A stretch of 64,000 nt of DNA from Rebecca billardiae RCC1528 (Eukaryota > Protista > Haptophyta), in NCBI GenBank assembly GCA_965240325.2, contig OZ251228.1, forward strand, positions 496,001-560,000. The letters run 5' to 3'. The position numbers and the translations under genes were made by a program. Position 1 is the first letter of the stretch, and the number at the start of each line of letters is the position of its first letter. Below the pieces are notes generated by a model, which saw nothing but the letters and a program-made list of their open reading frames with translations, searched no databases and was not told the DNA's origin. Below, one piece after another: positions 11,250 through 23,200 of the stretch.

Positions 11250-12419
11250 ATGCCCCAGCGTGCGAGGAGGTGCGCGCGTCGGTGGCCCGTCAGGCACGCG
11301 CTGCTGCTCTTGGCCGGCGCGGCGCGCGCAGCACACTGGCCGCTGCCACCTGCGTACAGCCCGCCAGCGCCGGCCAGGCTGTGCAACGCCACGCGCGACG
11401 TCGAGTGCCGCGGCTTCACGTTCATCCACATTGGCAAGGCTGGCGGTGACAGCGTGCACATCGCCCTGCAGCGCGTGTGCGAGCTCGGGCTGGCGAACGT
11501 CTATGTCGACCTGCACACGTGTGACAAGGCGCGATGGGGCGTTGTCGAGTGGCAAAAGGACTGGGGCACGATGGTCTACACGAATGGTCCCATCTATGGC
11601 GAGGGCGACTACGAATCGTTCTGTGAGGCGGAGAAGGAAGAGATCCGGAGGCAAGCGGGCGGCGTGCCGCCGGCGTGGATACGCACCGGCCGCGGCGGCG
11701 AGCTGGTGCGCTCGCTCCCGGTGATCCTGTGGCTGCGCGACCCGATCAGCCGGCTGACCGCGTGCTGGAACTTCTTTCTCAACCTGCACTCGTGGCGCGA
11801 GTGGAAGCACGCGATGGCCGCACAGAACCAGAGCATCTACACGCCGCGCGGCACGCTCATCCGGCGCTCAGAGGTGGTGCGCTGGCTCAAGCAGGCCGCG
11901 GCGCCGATCGGGCTGCACGACCGCAACCAGGCTCGCGACCTCAACACTGTGCTCTTTGCGTTGCAGCAGCACCGCAACGACTCGCTGCTCGCGGCCAAAG
12001 GCGCCTTCCGGCACGTCGACCACGCCATGACCGGCATCAACTTCTACGTGGGCGGGCTGCGCGGGCTGCGTGGGATCAAGCGGAACCTTCTCTTCGTCGG
12101 CACGACCGAGACGATGATGCAGAGCTGGGAGGGCCTCGTCGACGTGCTCGTGCACACGCTCGGCTGGGGCAAGGCGCTGCCGCCGAACACGACGACCGCC
12201 AGCCTCGTGCTGCCGCACACGCACAGCTCGAGCAGCGGCCGGCGACAGCACGTGCTCAACGCGAGCTCGGTCGCGTTCGCGCGCCGGATGTACCTCGATG
12301 ACTACAAGTGCATCGACTGGCTGGTGAGCGAGCGCTTCCTCCCGTTCGAGTACTTGGACATCGTCCACAACGACTCCAAGGTCTACAAGTACGACACGCC
12401 GCCGAAGGAGATCGAATAG
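11250..12419 (+). CDS. Secretory-pathway (Golgi-type) sulfotransferase-like protein
   Basis: Signal/anchor-like N-terminus; 5'-PSB-like FIHIGKAGGDS; 3'-PB-like LRDPISRL; FVGTTE; C-terminal YLDDY. Confidence 0.7.
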   Translation: MPQRARRCARRWPVRHALLLLAGAARAAHWPLPPAYSPPAPARLCNATRDVECRGFTFIHIGKAGGDSVHIALQRVCELGLANVYVDLHTCDKARWGVVEWQKDWGTMVYTNGPIYGEGDYESFCEAEKEEIRRQAGGVPPAWIRTGRGGELVRSLPVILWLRDPISRLTACWNFFLNLHSWREWKHAMAAQNQSIYTPRGTLIRRSEVVRWLKQAAAPIGLHDRNQARDLNTVLFALQQHRNDSLLAAKGAFRHVDHAMTGINFYVGGLRGLRGIKRNLLFVGTTETMMQSWEGLVDVLVHTLGWGKALPPNTTTASLVLPHTHSSSSGRRQHVLNASSVAFARRMYLDDYKCIDWLVSERFLPFEYLDIVHNDSKVYKYDTPPKEIE

Positions 12420-12895
12420 CCAGAGGCGAGGGCTCCCACGGGCGACGCGAGCGCGAGCACAATGTCATCCCTCATAATGTCAGAGTCGTGACTTGGGCTC
12501 GATCCAGGGCCCGTCTTTTACTTGACCTTGTGCCGCCTGGCGTCAGATCGGGGCGTCAAGGGTCAATACTCAATAGTAACACGGAGACATTAGCTACCGA
12601 GTTAGTTACACTGATGTCTGATCCCGCACTGTCACTACTACTAGGCTCGGATCCGCACCCGCGGGCCGCACCGCACGTGTGTCAATGCGCCCGATTCACG
12701 ACTCAACGAGTACTTAGCGCTAGCCGCCTCGACGGCCTGGCGCCGCCTTGAAGCGACTCGAGACTCGAGAGTCGAGTCAATCATGTCCGTGGGCCTCATC
12801 AGTGCCGATCAGATGAGACGCATGAGACCGATATGCTGACTGTGAGTACTCACAGTATAGTGTCGAGTAAACTGACATAGTAGTCGTAGTACCGG

Positions 12896-12919
12896 TATAT
12901 GTATATATATATATATATA
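12896..12919. repeat. (TA)n microsatellite
   Basis: TATATGTATATATATATATATATA. Confidence 0.9.
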
Positions 12920-13151
12920 GTACGCGGTAGTAACTATACGCACGACTACTGTCTGACCTCGGGAGCTCCGGACGAGTGAGCTCGAACCGCCGCCGCCGTC
13001 CGAGGAGTCAGGGGCCGACTCGGGGCAGACGTACCGGGTGCCCCGTGCCGCGTGCGACTGCGAGTGCACCGCGGGGCGGCGTCACTAGCCTGTAGAGTGT
13101 AGTCCGACTCGAGGCCCGGGGCCGGCGGCCCTGGTCCGGCGGGCCGCCGTC

Positions 13152-13205
13152 AGAGACAGCGGACAGCGTTGGCGCGGTAGAGACAGCGGACAGCGTTGGC
13201 GCGGT
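13152..13205 (+). repeat. Perfect 27-bp tandem duplication
   Basis: AGAGACAGCGGACAGCGTTGGCGCGGT x2. Confidence 0.9.
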
Positions 13206-13378
13206 GTGACCGGGCGACCGGCAGCGCGCCGATCTATACGGTCTGACACTAGTGAGCCTGACACTACGGATTGGACCCGGCTTCCCATCAATCCCAGCCC
13301 CAGGGACCCAGGGGCCGCTACCGGGGGCAGACCGCCACCCACCGTGTGGCGTGTTGGTCACGACGCGAGTGCTCGGCG

Positions 13379-14050
13379 CTATAGCCCAAGCGACCGTCGC
13401 AGCTCAGCTTCGTAGTCGCTGGAAACCGCCAGGTAGCCGCTAGCAGCTGTGAAAAGCACCTCGTGCCCAGCCTTGAGCGCGTCTGCAAGTGATGTGTCAA
13501 GAGCAAGGCCGAGTGCGTCCAGCGATTCAAAGCCGTCGATCCCGGGCCACCACTCGCGCCGCCTGCGAAGAAAGCAAAAGTGCAGCTCACCCAGCGGCCA
13601 GATGGAAGACGGGGCGCCCCATCTCGTCGCGATGCTTACGTCAGAGATCGCCAGGTGCCCATTTGCAGGTGTCACGAGGGCATGCATGGCATCCAAGGCA
13701 TCGGCAGCCCGCGCAAATTCGGCCGCCGCACGGGCAGAGCCATACGTGTCCTCTAGAAGAAGATCTGCCTTCGGGACGGGAACGATCCAGCAGCCGGGGC
13801 AGCCCTCGCCCCGAAGCAGCATGTGCCCATCCGCGGCACGACAGGCTGCAAGGAGGGCGGCGGACTCCCGCGGGATCAGGTCGACTGCTTCGGCCAGGCT
13901 TACCTCCCGGCGTGCCTGACGGTCCGAGAGTGGCCAGGGCATCGGCACCATTCCCGTGGCGGCGAGTGCCGCCGAGCTGAGCGCGTCGCGTCGGACCACT
14001 GCCTCTGTGAGCGTGATCACCATGAAGGAGAGCAAGTCCGCCACCGCCAT
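13379..14050 (-). CDS. Hypothetical globular protein (~223 aa)
   Basis: ATG at 14050 (MAVADLLSF...); non-repetitive protein-like composition (MLLRGE, DLLLEDTYG, TPANGHL, GHEVLF); no family recognised. Confidence 0.55.
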   Translation of the reverse strand: MAVADLLSFMVITLTEAVVRRDALSSAALAATGMVPMPWPLSDRQARREVSLAEAVDLIPRESAALLAACRAADGHMLLRGEGCPGCWIVPVPKADLLLEDTYGSARAAAEFARAADALDAMHALVTPANGHLAISDVSIATRWGAPSSIWPLGELHFCFLRRRREWWPGIDGFESLDALGLALDTSLADALKAGHEVLFTAASGYLAVSSDYEAELRRSLGL

Positions 14051-14247
14051 TGCTGCGGTTGGCCTCTGTCCGGAGCTCCGGCTCCGCCACCTGAAAGCGT
14101 CGCTTGGCTGGCTTGGCAGCCGTCCGCTCGCGAGCTGGTTTGCCTCACGCTCCCGCCGCGGCTCGTCAGGCAGGAGCCCTCGGTGGCCGTCAGCCGCCAA
14201 CACCCCACAGCAGCCGGGCGCGAAGAGGCGCAGCGGCTGGAAGCATC

Positions 14248-14814
14248 ATGCTCGCCGGCGCTCTCCTCTACCTCGCCGTGGGCTTGCCAGCGCCCATCCC
14301 GCTGACGACGAATGCATGTGAGATCATCGACCTCGACGAGCGGCTGTGCTCTTGCACCGACCTCCTGCACCAGAAGTTTGTCGTCGACTGCGAAGTGCCG
14401 CTGCACATCAAGGCGCTGAACTTCTCCGACACGTTCGGCATCAAAATCATTGCGGACCCATGCGACGAGCCAGCGTCGCTCAAGATCGACGTCGTCGAGA
14501 AGATGTTCGGCATCGACTTCCCCATCGAAAAGATCGTCGCCGGCACCGAGCTGCTCACGCCCATCCCGGGGCTGTCGATGAGCATCCCGAACGTCGGCGA
14601 TGCGGCCATCGACCTCGACCTCGCATTCGGTGGCGACATCGACGAGATCGAGTTGAAGGCGGGCATCAACGCTTGCGTCAAGTCGAGCGGCGAAACAATC
14701 TGCGGGCAGGACATCCCGTACCTGCAGGACATCCTTCCGATCTGGGTGATCGATGGCAAGTACGACTTTGGCCACGTGTGTGGGAAAAGCGAGCCACTGG
14801 CGGCTGCGGAGTGA
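14248..14814 (+). CDS. Small secreted Cys-containing beta-rich protein (188 aa)
   Basis: Hydrophobic signal peptide MLAGALLYLAVGL, 8 Cys, strong C/G-ending codon bias. Confidence 0.75.
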   Translation: MLAGALLYLAVGLPAPIPLTTNACEIIDLDERLCSCTDLLHQKFVVDCEVPLHIKALNFSDTFGIKIIADPCDEPASLKIDVVEKMFGIDFPIEKIVAGTELLTPIPGLSMSIPNVGDAAIDLDLAFGGDIDEIELKAGINACVKSSGETICGQDIPYLQDILPIWVIDGKYDFGHVCGKSEPLAAAE

Positions 14815-17292
14815 GCCCGATGCCTTTGGTCTGCCACCAGCATGGGGCGGGACGGGCCCTGGCTGCGCCCGCTGGTCGCTGGCGTGCTTCGCAGCACGGG
14901 CTACGAGCGGGTGCACTAGCCAGAGAGTGAGCCTGCGCAATTCAGCAAGCTATACGGGCTGCGTTCCGCCGGACTTGAATTCAGTAAGACGATTCTGCGC
15001 GCACGGTCACTGCGTAGAATATAATACGTTGCCGCCCCTGCGACGTCGCACTTGTGAACGACATAGGGGGTCCATCAGATGCGGTGGCGCCCACGACTTT
15101 ATTCCGATTGGCGGTGCGCATTATGATGGCGGTGCAGGACTTCACTGACTTATTGGCTCAGCCTCTGGTAACTGTCACTGAGCCGCCGCCGCGCGCGGGT
15201 GGCCGCGGTGACTCTGGCCAGCGCGGTGGGCTTCAGACGACCGCCGGCTGAAAGCAGTCGCTCGTCAAGTCCGCGCCGGTTACTATTGCGACTATGATGA
15301 GTTACTATTATATATAGTCCTGATCAGCTCGCTACGGCCATCATGTCGGTCAATGATCACTCCTCGCCGTTGACCAGTCGCGCACACGCTGCACATGCAC
15401 GTATTATTAATTATTCACACTGCACTACAGTGTCTGGACGGCGGTCGCACGACTACTGCGCAGTCAACATCTTGGTCGTCCGACTGACGGGTTGTGGGGT
15501 CAGACGGAACATTGAGTGGTCGTCATCGTCTGCACCGCCGCAAGACATACCGTACTGTACCTAAGAGGTCGGCATGGACGGAGTCAGAAGGGCGTGATAT
15601 CCTGGTCCCTACTTGCCCTTTCTCCCCATGCGCAGCCTCACTGGCGCTGGTCACACGATGACGTGGAGTACGTGGACTTGGACGCGAGAGTGGTCGAAAA
15701 GTCGGAAAGGAAGCTGGCACTCATGCCCACGCGCTCGTACGGCCGCACCAACCTGCCTACGCCATGCCCCGGTGACCCGGCGGCCGTGGCGCGGGGCCCT
15801 AGGATCGACATGGGACGCGCATTCACGCCCGCCATGGCTTCCTTTCCGAAGTGGAAAACTTCACCTGGACCACCTTTACTCCTAAATGGTTGTACCAGAA
15901 ACACCAAATATGAGCTTAGGATGCTATATTTCATGAACAGTGTAAAGAACAGCTGGCGCCGCGCGGCGTCGGTCGTCACGTCTTCGTATTCACTATACGA
16001 CGTCACACGATGATGAGCCCGTTATTCCCTCCGCGACGGTGCCAGTCCGCGCCAGTCGCAGCTGGCAGCAGGCCCGCAAGGGCCAGAGATGAGTACCCGT
16101 GGCTCAGTGCGCCCGCGCCCGCAGTCGTGTAGTGTTTTTGCTGACTATAGTCTTGAACCCCGGCAGCACTGTTGGACAAGCAGCTCTGAGCGCAGGTACG
16201 CAGCTCAGGCGGCGTCCGGCCCGCAGCTGCTGGCTTACTGCACTCAGTATATTACTGCTTTAGACGTCGCTGCCGTCTGCTGACGACTGGACTAGCTAGT
16301 AACCTAATTACGACTCGGTCCCAGACATGATGATGATTAGGCGGGCGCCGTTCTGATTCCGTAATGACGATGACAACACGTGTCATTCATCTTTCAAAGT
16401 TCAGGAATCAGGTCGACGACCCCGCGGTCGCAGACGCCCGGTTACAGTGAGGCTCACAGAGGCCGCGGGCTCAGACGCGGCATACCGATAGTGATACTGT
16501 ACCGCGTACTCTAGCAGCAGCCCGGCGGCGGCGGACTCCCGGGTTTAGCACCGTCAGCAGCACGATTGCCGTGAGTGAGAGGCAGATCCGCTCTCTAGCC
16601 CCCTGGTGCGCTCTGTGGACAGCGTTTACATCCGTCCTCTGCGTCGTCCCCGCGCTTGGTGGTCTGTCTTGAGGCGTCTCTAGACGGAGTACTTGGCTGA
16701 CCCGCGGCGGCTGCATGACTGTGGCGTGTGTCGACTCAAAGCGTGCGTGGGCAGTACGTCCTCAGGGTGCGGGCGCGCGCGCACGCCTGGTCGCAGTATG
16801 CATATGCCTATGCGACACCTACTAGCTGTACGGGTCTGGGTCCTGCACGGTCGTCAAGCGAACGCAGTGCACGTGCGAGCGTGCTGGAGAACCGGCCGGT
16901 GCGCCATGAAGCAGTACAGCTGCCTGAGCTTGTGCGCCTTAGTAAACAGTAGTGCTATTTATGGACGGTCCTTGGCAACAACCACAAGTACCAAGCCATT
17001 TATGTGAAATAATAAGGGCGACTTTATGATAGTGGAGCTGCGATCATTCAGTACTCATCAAACTCACGTCAACAATGAACGACTTTACCCGCAATAATGT
17101 AATGGGGGGATTAGGGCCCACTGCTTCCGAGAGCAGATTAGTAAAGCGCGGGTAACCAGTCTATCCACGCGGGAACCAGTCTATCCATCACGCATCCACT
17201 GTGATACTCGCGGCTTCCTTCAGATCGAGCCCAGGTGCACCGAGGTGCGCCACGACCGAGGAGAGCAAGTGGGCGGCCCGCCCCCACTTACC

Positions 17293-20200
17293 ATGCGACG
17301 GCGCAGGAGGGCGCTCGCTCAAGCGGCGGTGCTGCTGCTCGCAGTCGCGCCGGCTGCTGTGATCGCGCCGTACGTGAGCATCGAACGTGAGCAGAAAATC
17401 TCGGCCACGTCTGGCGGGCTCGATGCGTCCGCCGTCTCGGCGGGCGACGAGCTCGGCTGGAAAGGCCTTGCCTTTGTGGGCGACTTGGACGGCGACGGTG
17501 TGCCTGATGCGGTCGCCGGGCTGCCGATGGCATCGTCCGCCGAAGGCGCAGCGCTCGTGCTCTTCCTGCGCGCGAACGGCACCGTCCACGCCGAGCAACG
17601 CCTTGCGTCTGGCCAGAGCGGTGTGCCGGTCCTCGCGTCCGCGGGCAAGTTTGGAGCCGGCGTCGCCGCGCTCGGCGACGTCGATGGCGACGGCGTGCCG
17701 GACGTGGCGATTGGCGCGAGCGAGGCTGGCGGCGGGCGAGTGTACATGTGCTTCATGAACGCCGACGGCACCGTCAACGCCACCGAGCAGATTGGTCAGG
17801 GCTTGGGCGGCTTCACCGGCACGCTCGGCAGCTCGGACCTGTTCGGGCTCGCGCTGGCCAACGCGGGCGATCTCGACGGCGACGGGGAGCTCGAGCTGCT
17901 CGTCGGTGCGCCCAATGGTGCGGGCGCAGTGTACGTGCTCTTCACCACCAGCGCCGGCACCGTCACCTCGCACACCAAGATAGCGGCGGGCAGCGGCGGG
18001 CTGGTCGCATCACTCGGCGGCTCAGACAACTTTGGCGAAGGGCTGGCCGGGCTCGGCGACGTGAACGGCGACGGCGTGCCCGACGCGCTGGTGGGCGCGC
18101 CTGGCACGAAGGACGGCGGCAACCAGGCGGGCGCCGTGTACGTGCTCATGCTCGACGCCACCGGCGCGGTCATCGCGGAGCAGAAGATCTCAGGGGCCGC
18201 CGGTGGGCTCGTGAGCGCGCCCGATGGCTTCGACCGCTTCGGCTTTGCGGTGTCCGCACTCGGCGACCTGAACGGCGACGGCGTCGTCGACTGCGCGGTG
18301 GGCGCGGAGAGCAGCGACGACGGCCCGACCAACTCCGGCGCCGTGTACATCCTCCTCCTCACCTCCGCGGGCGCGGTGCTCGATGAGCGCAAGATCACAG
18401 AGCTGAGTGCAGACCTGACGGCCGAGCTGGCATCGGGCGACCATCTCGGGTCGGCACTGAGCGCGGCGGACGTGGGCGCAGACGGGACGGTCGATCTGCT
18501 GGTTGGCGCGTGGGGGGACAACGACGGCGGCGCTGACGCGGGAGCGATCCACCTGTGGCACCTCAACGCCTGGCGACCGCCGTCGCCACCGCCATCACCA
18601 CCACCGCCGGCGGCGCCGCCACCGAGCCCGCCGCCGAGCCCGCCGCCGTCGCCACCGCCTGCCCCGCCACCACCGAGCCCGCCGCCATCACCACCGCCAT
18701 CACCACCGCCATCACCACCGCCGCCGAGCCCGCCGCCGGCCCCGGGCCAGTACGTGGCGACGCTGCTGCTCGAGGGCGGCGAGTGCGACTCCGAGGGCAC
18801 CAATTTTGGCCTGGAGGGCCTCGAGGAGTGCGCGGCAGCCGCGGGCGCGGCTGGTTGCTCTGTCTTCATGTGGGCTCCTGATGCCACCTATTGGTTCTGC
18901 CGATGCTGCGACTCGTGGCCTGGCAGCACCACCCACGACTGGTGGGACCTCTGGAGCGTCTCGTATGTCCCCTACTCGCCGCCCTCGCCGCCGGGCGCCT
19001 GGACGGCCGAGCTGCGCGTGGAAGGGCGTGAATGTGACGAGAAGGGCTCGCGCCTTGGTGCCACGACGCTCGCGGGCTGCGCGCTGGCCGCATCGCAGAC
19101 GACGGACGCGTGCGATGTCTTCAGGTTTGCTCCTGGCGCGCCGTTGTGGGAGTGCCAGTGCTGCCACACCTGGACCGAGACACCGGGCGCGCACGCCTAC
19201 TGGAAGCTGTGGACGTTGACGTACGACGCGATTGGGCCGCCGCCGAGCCCGCCCGCCCCGCCGCCGGGCCTGCCACCGAGCCCGCCGCCCATTCCACCAC
19301 CTCCGAGCCCGCCACCGAGCCCGCCGCCGAGCCCACCGCCCACCCCACCTCCGCCGAGCCCACCTCCAAGCCCGCCTCCGAGCCCACCGCCCGCGCCGCC
19401 GCCGCCGAACCCACCTCCGAGCCCGCCTTCGAGCCCACCGCCCGCGCCACCGCCACTGAGCCCGCCGCCATCGCCGCCGCCACCGCCACCGCCCGGGCCG
19501 CCGTCACCGAGCCCGCCGCCGAGCCCGCCGCCATCACCACCGCCGGCGCCACCACCGCCGAGCCCGCCGCCGTCACCGGCGCCATCACCGCCGCCGTCAC
19601 CACCGCCGCCGCCGCCGCCTCCGAGCCCGCCGCCGAGTCCGCCACCATCGCCGCCGCCTGCGCCACCGCCGCCGAGCCCGCCGCCGTCACCGCCGCCGTC
19701 ACCACCGCCGGCGCCGCCGCCTCCGAGCCCGCCGCCAAGCCCGCCACCATCGCCGCCGCCCGCGCCACCGCCGCCGAGCCCGCCACCGTCACCGCCGCCG
19801 TCACCACCGCCGGCGCCGCCGCCTCCGAGCCCGCCGCCGTCACCGCCGCCGTCACCACCGCCGCCGCCGCCGCCTCCGAGCCCGCCGCCGAGCCCGCCAC
19901 CATCGCCGCCGCCAGCGCCACCGCCGCCGAGCCCACCGCCGAGCCCGCCGCCATCGCCACCACCCGCGCCGCCGCCGCCGAGCCCGCCACCGTCACCGCC
20001 GCCGTCACCACCGCCGGCGCCGCCGCCTCCGAGCCCGCCGCCAAGCCCGCCACCATCGCTGCCGCCTGCGCCACCGCCGCCGAGCCCGCCGCCGAGCCCG
20101 CCGCCATCGCCACCGCCCGCGCCACCGCCGCCGAGCCCGCCACCGTCACCGCCGCCGTCACCACCACCGGCGCCGCCGCCTCCGAGCCCGCCGCCAAACC

Positions 20201-23200
20201 CGCCACCATCGCCGCCGCCCACGCCACCGCCTCCGAGCCCGCCACCGTCACCGCCGCCGTCACCACCGCCGGCGCCGCCGCCTCCGAGCCCGCCGCCAAG
20301 CCCGCCACCATCGCTGCCGCCTGCGCCACCGCCGCCGAGCCCGCCGCCGAGCCCGCCGCCATCGCCACCGCCCGCGCCACCGCCGCCGAGCCCGCCAACG
20401 TCACCGCCGCCGTCACCACCGCCGGCGCCGCCGCCTCCGAGCCCGCCGCCAAGCCCGCCACCATCGCTGCCGCCTGCGCCACCGCCGCCGAGCCCGCCGC
20501 CGAGCCCGCCGCCATCGCCACCGCCCGCGCCACCGCCGCCGAGCCCGCCACCGTCACCGCCGCCGTCACCACCGCCGGCGCCGCCGCCTCCGAGCCCGCC
20601 GCCGAGCCCGTCACCATCGCCGCCGCCCACGCCACCGCCTCCGAGCCCGCCACCGTCACCGCCGCCATCGCCACCGCCCGCGCCACCGCCGCCGAGCCCG
20701 CCACCGTCACCGCCGCCGTCACCACCACCGGCGCCGCCGCCTCCGAGCCCGCCGCCAAGCCCGCCACCATCGCTGCCGCCTGCGCCACCGCCGCCGAGCC
20801 CGCCGCCGAGCCCGCCGCCATCGCCACCGCCCGCGCCACCGCCGCCGAGCCCGCCACCGTCACCGCCGCCGTCACCACCACCGGCGCCGCCGCCTCCGAG
20901 CCCGCCGCCAAGCCCGCCACCATCGCCGCCGCCTGCGCCACCGCCGCCGAGCCCGCCGCCGAGCCCGCCGCCATCGCCACCGCCCGCGCCACCGCCGCCG
21001 AGCCCGCCACCGTCACCATCGCCGCCGTCACCACCACCGGCGCCGCCGCCTCCGAGCCCGCCGCCAAGCCCGCCACCATCGCCGCCGCCTGCGCCACCGC
21101 CGCCGAGCCCGCCGCCGAGCCCGCCGCCATCGCCACCGCCCGCGCCACCGCCGCCGAGCCCGCCACCGTCACCGCCGCCGTCACCACCACCGGCGCCGCC
21201 GCCTCCGAGCCCGCCGCCAAGCCCGCCACCATCGCCGCCGCCCACGCCACCGCCGCCGAGCCCGCCGCCGAGCCCGCCGCCATCGCCACCGCCCGCCCCA
21301 CCGCCACCGAGCCTGCCGCCGAGCCCGCCGCCATCGCCGCCGCCCGCGCCACCGCCACCGAGCCCGCCGCCGATCCCGCCGCCATCGCCACCGCCCGCGC
21401 CACCGCCACCGAGCCCGCCGCCGAGCCCACCGCCATCGCCGCCGCCCGCGCCACCGCCACCGAGCCCGCCGCCGATCCCGCCGCCATCGCCGCCGCCCAC
21501 GCCACCGCCACCGAGCCCGCCGCCGAGCCTGCCGCCATCGCCACCGCCCGCTGGCGAGCCCTGCGGCGGCTCGGGCAAGGGCAAGGGCGGTGGTGCCTGC
21601 CCGCCGCCACCACCCTCGCCGCCGCCGCCATCACCACCGCCGAGCCCGCCGCCGAGCGCGCCACCATCGCCACCGCCACCGAGCCCGCCTCCGAGCCCAC
21701 CGCCGAGCCCGCCACCATCGCCACCGCCACCGAGCCCGCCGCCGAGCCCGCCTCCGTCGCCGCCACCATCGCCACCGCCACCAAGCCTGCCGCCGAGCCC
21801 GCCTCCGTCGCCGCCACCGGCGCCACCGCCACCAAGCCCGCCGCCAAGCCCGCTGCCGAGCCCGCCACCATCACCACCGCCACCGAGCCCGCCTCCGAGC
21901 CCGCCTCCGTCGCCCCCACCATCGCCGCCGCCGCCGAGCCTGCCGCCGAGCCCGCCTCCGTCGCCCCCACCATCGCCACCGCCGCCGAGCCCGCCACCGT
22001 CACCGCCGCCGTCGCCCCCACCATCGCCACCGCCGCCGAGCCCGCCTCCGAGCCCGCCTCCGTCGCCACCACCCGCGCCACCGCCACCGGGCCCGCCGCC
22101 AAGCCCGCCGCCGAGCCCGCCACCATCGCCACCGCCACCGAGCCCGCCTCCGAGCCCGCCTCCGTCGCCCCCACCATCGCCACCGCCACCAAGCCTGCCG
22201 CCGAGCCCGCCTCCGTCGCCCCCACCATCGCCACCGCCACCAAGCCTGCCGCCGAGCCCGCCTCCGTCGCCCCCACCATCGCCACCGCCACCAAGCCCGC
22301 CGCCGAACCCGCCTCCGTCGCCCCCACCATCGCCGCCGCCACCAAGCCTGCCGCCGAGCCCTCCTCCGTCGCCCCCACCATCGCCACCGCCACCACGCCT
22401 GCCGCCGAGCCCACCTCCGTCGCCCCCACCATCGCCACCGCCACCGAGCCCGCCACCGTCACCGCCGCCATCGCCCCCACCATCGCCACCGCCACCGAGC
22501 CCGCCGCCGAGCCCGCCGCCGAGCCCGCCACCATCGCCACCGCCACCAAGCCCGCCGCCGAACCCGCCTCCGTCGCCCCCACCATCGCCACCGCCGCCGA
22601 GCCGGCCACCGTCACCGCCGCCGTTGCCCCCACCATCGCCACCGCCACCGAGCCCGCCGCCGAGCCCGCCGCCGAGCCCGCCACCATCGCCACCGCCACC
22701 AAGCCTGCCGCCGAACCCGCCTCCGTCGCCCCCACCATCGCCACCGCCGCCGAGCCCGCCACCGTCACCGCCGCCGTCGCCCCCACCATCGCCACCGCCA
22801 CCGAGCCCGCCGCCGAGCCCGCCTCCGTCGCCCCCACCATCGCCACCGCCACCAAGCCTGCCGCCGAGCCCGCCTCCGTCGCCCCCACCATCGCCACCGC
22901 CGCCGAGCCCGCCACCGTCACCGCCTCCGTCGCCCCCACCATCGCCACCGCCACCGAGCCCGCCGCCGAGCCCGCCGCCGAGCCCGCCACCATCGCCACC
23001 GCCACCAAGCCTGCCGCCGAACCCGCCTCCGTCGCCCCCACCATCGCCACCGCCACCAAGCCCGCCGCCGAACCCGCCTCCGTCGCCCCCACCATCGCCA
23101 CCGCCGCCGAGCCCGCCACCGTCACCGCCGCCGTCGCCCCCACCATCGCCACCGCCACCGAGCCCGCCGCCGAGCCCGCCGCCGAGCCCGCCACCATCGC

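Noticed and set aside
15516-16013. 165-aa and 122-aa ORFs in the spacer before the giant gene
   Set aside because: Non-ATG starts, atypical codon usage, no motifs; at most a decayed relic
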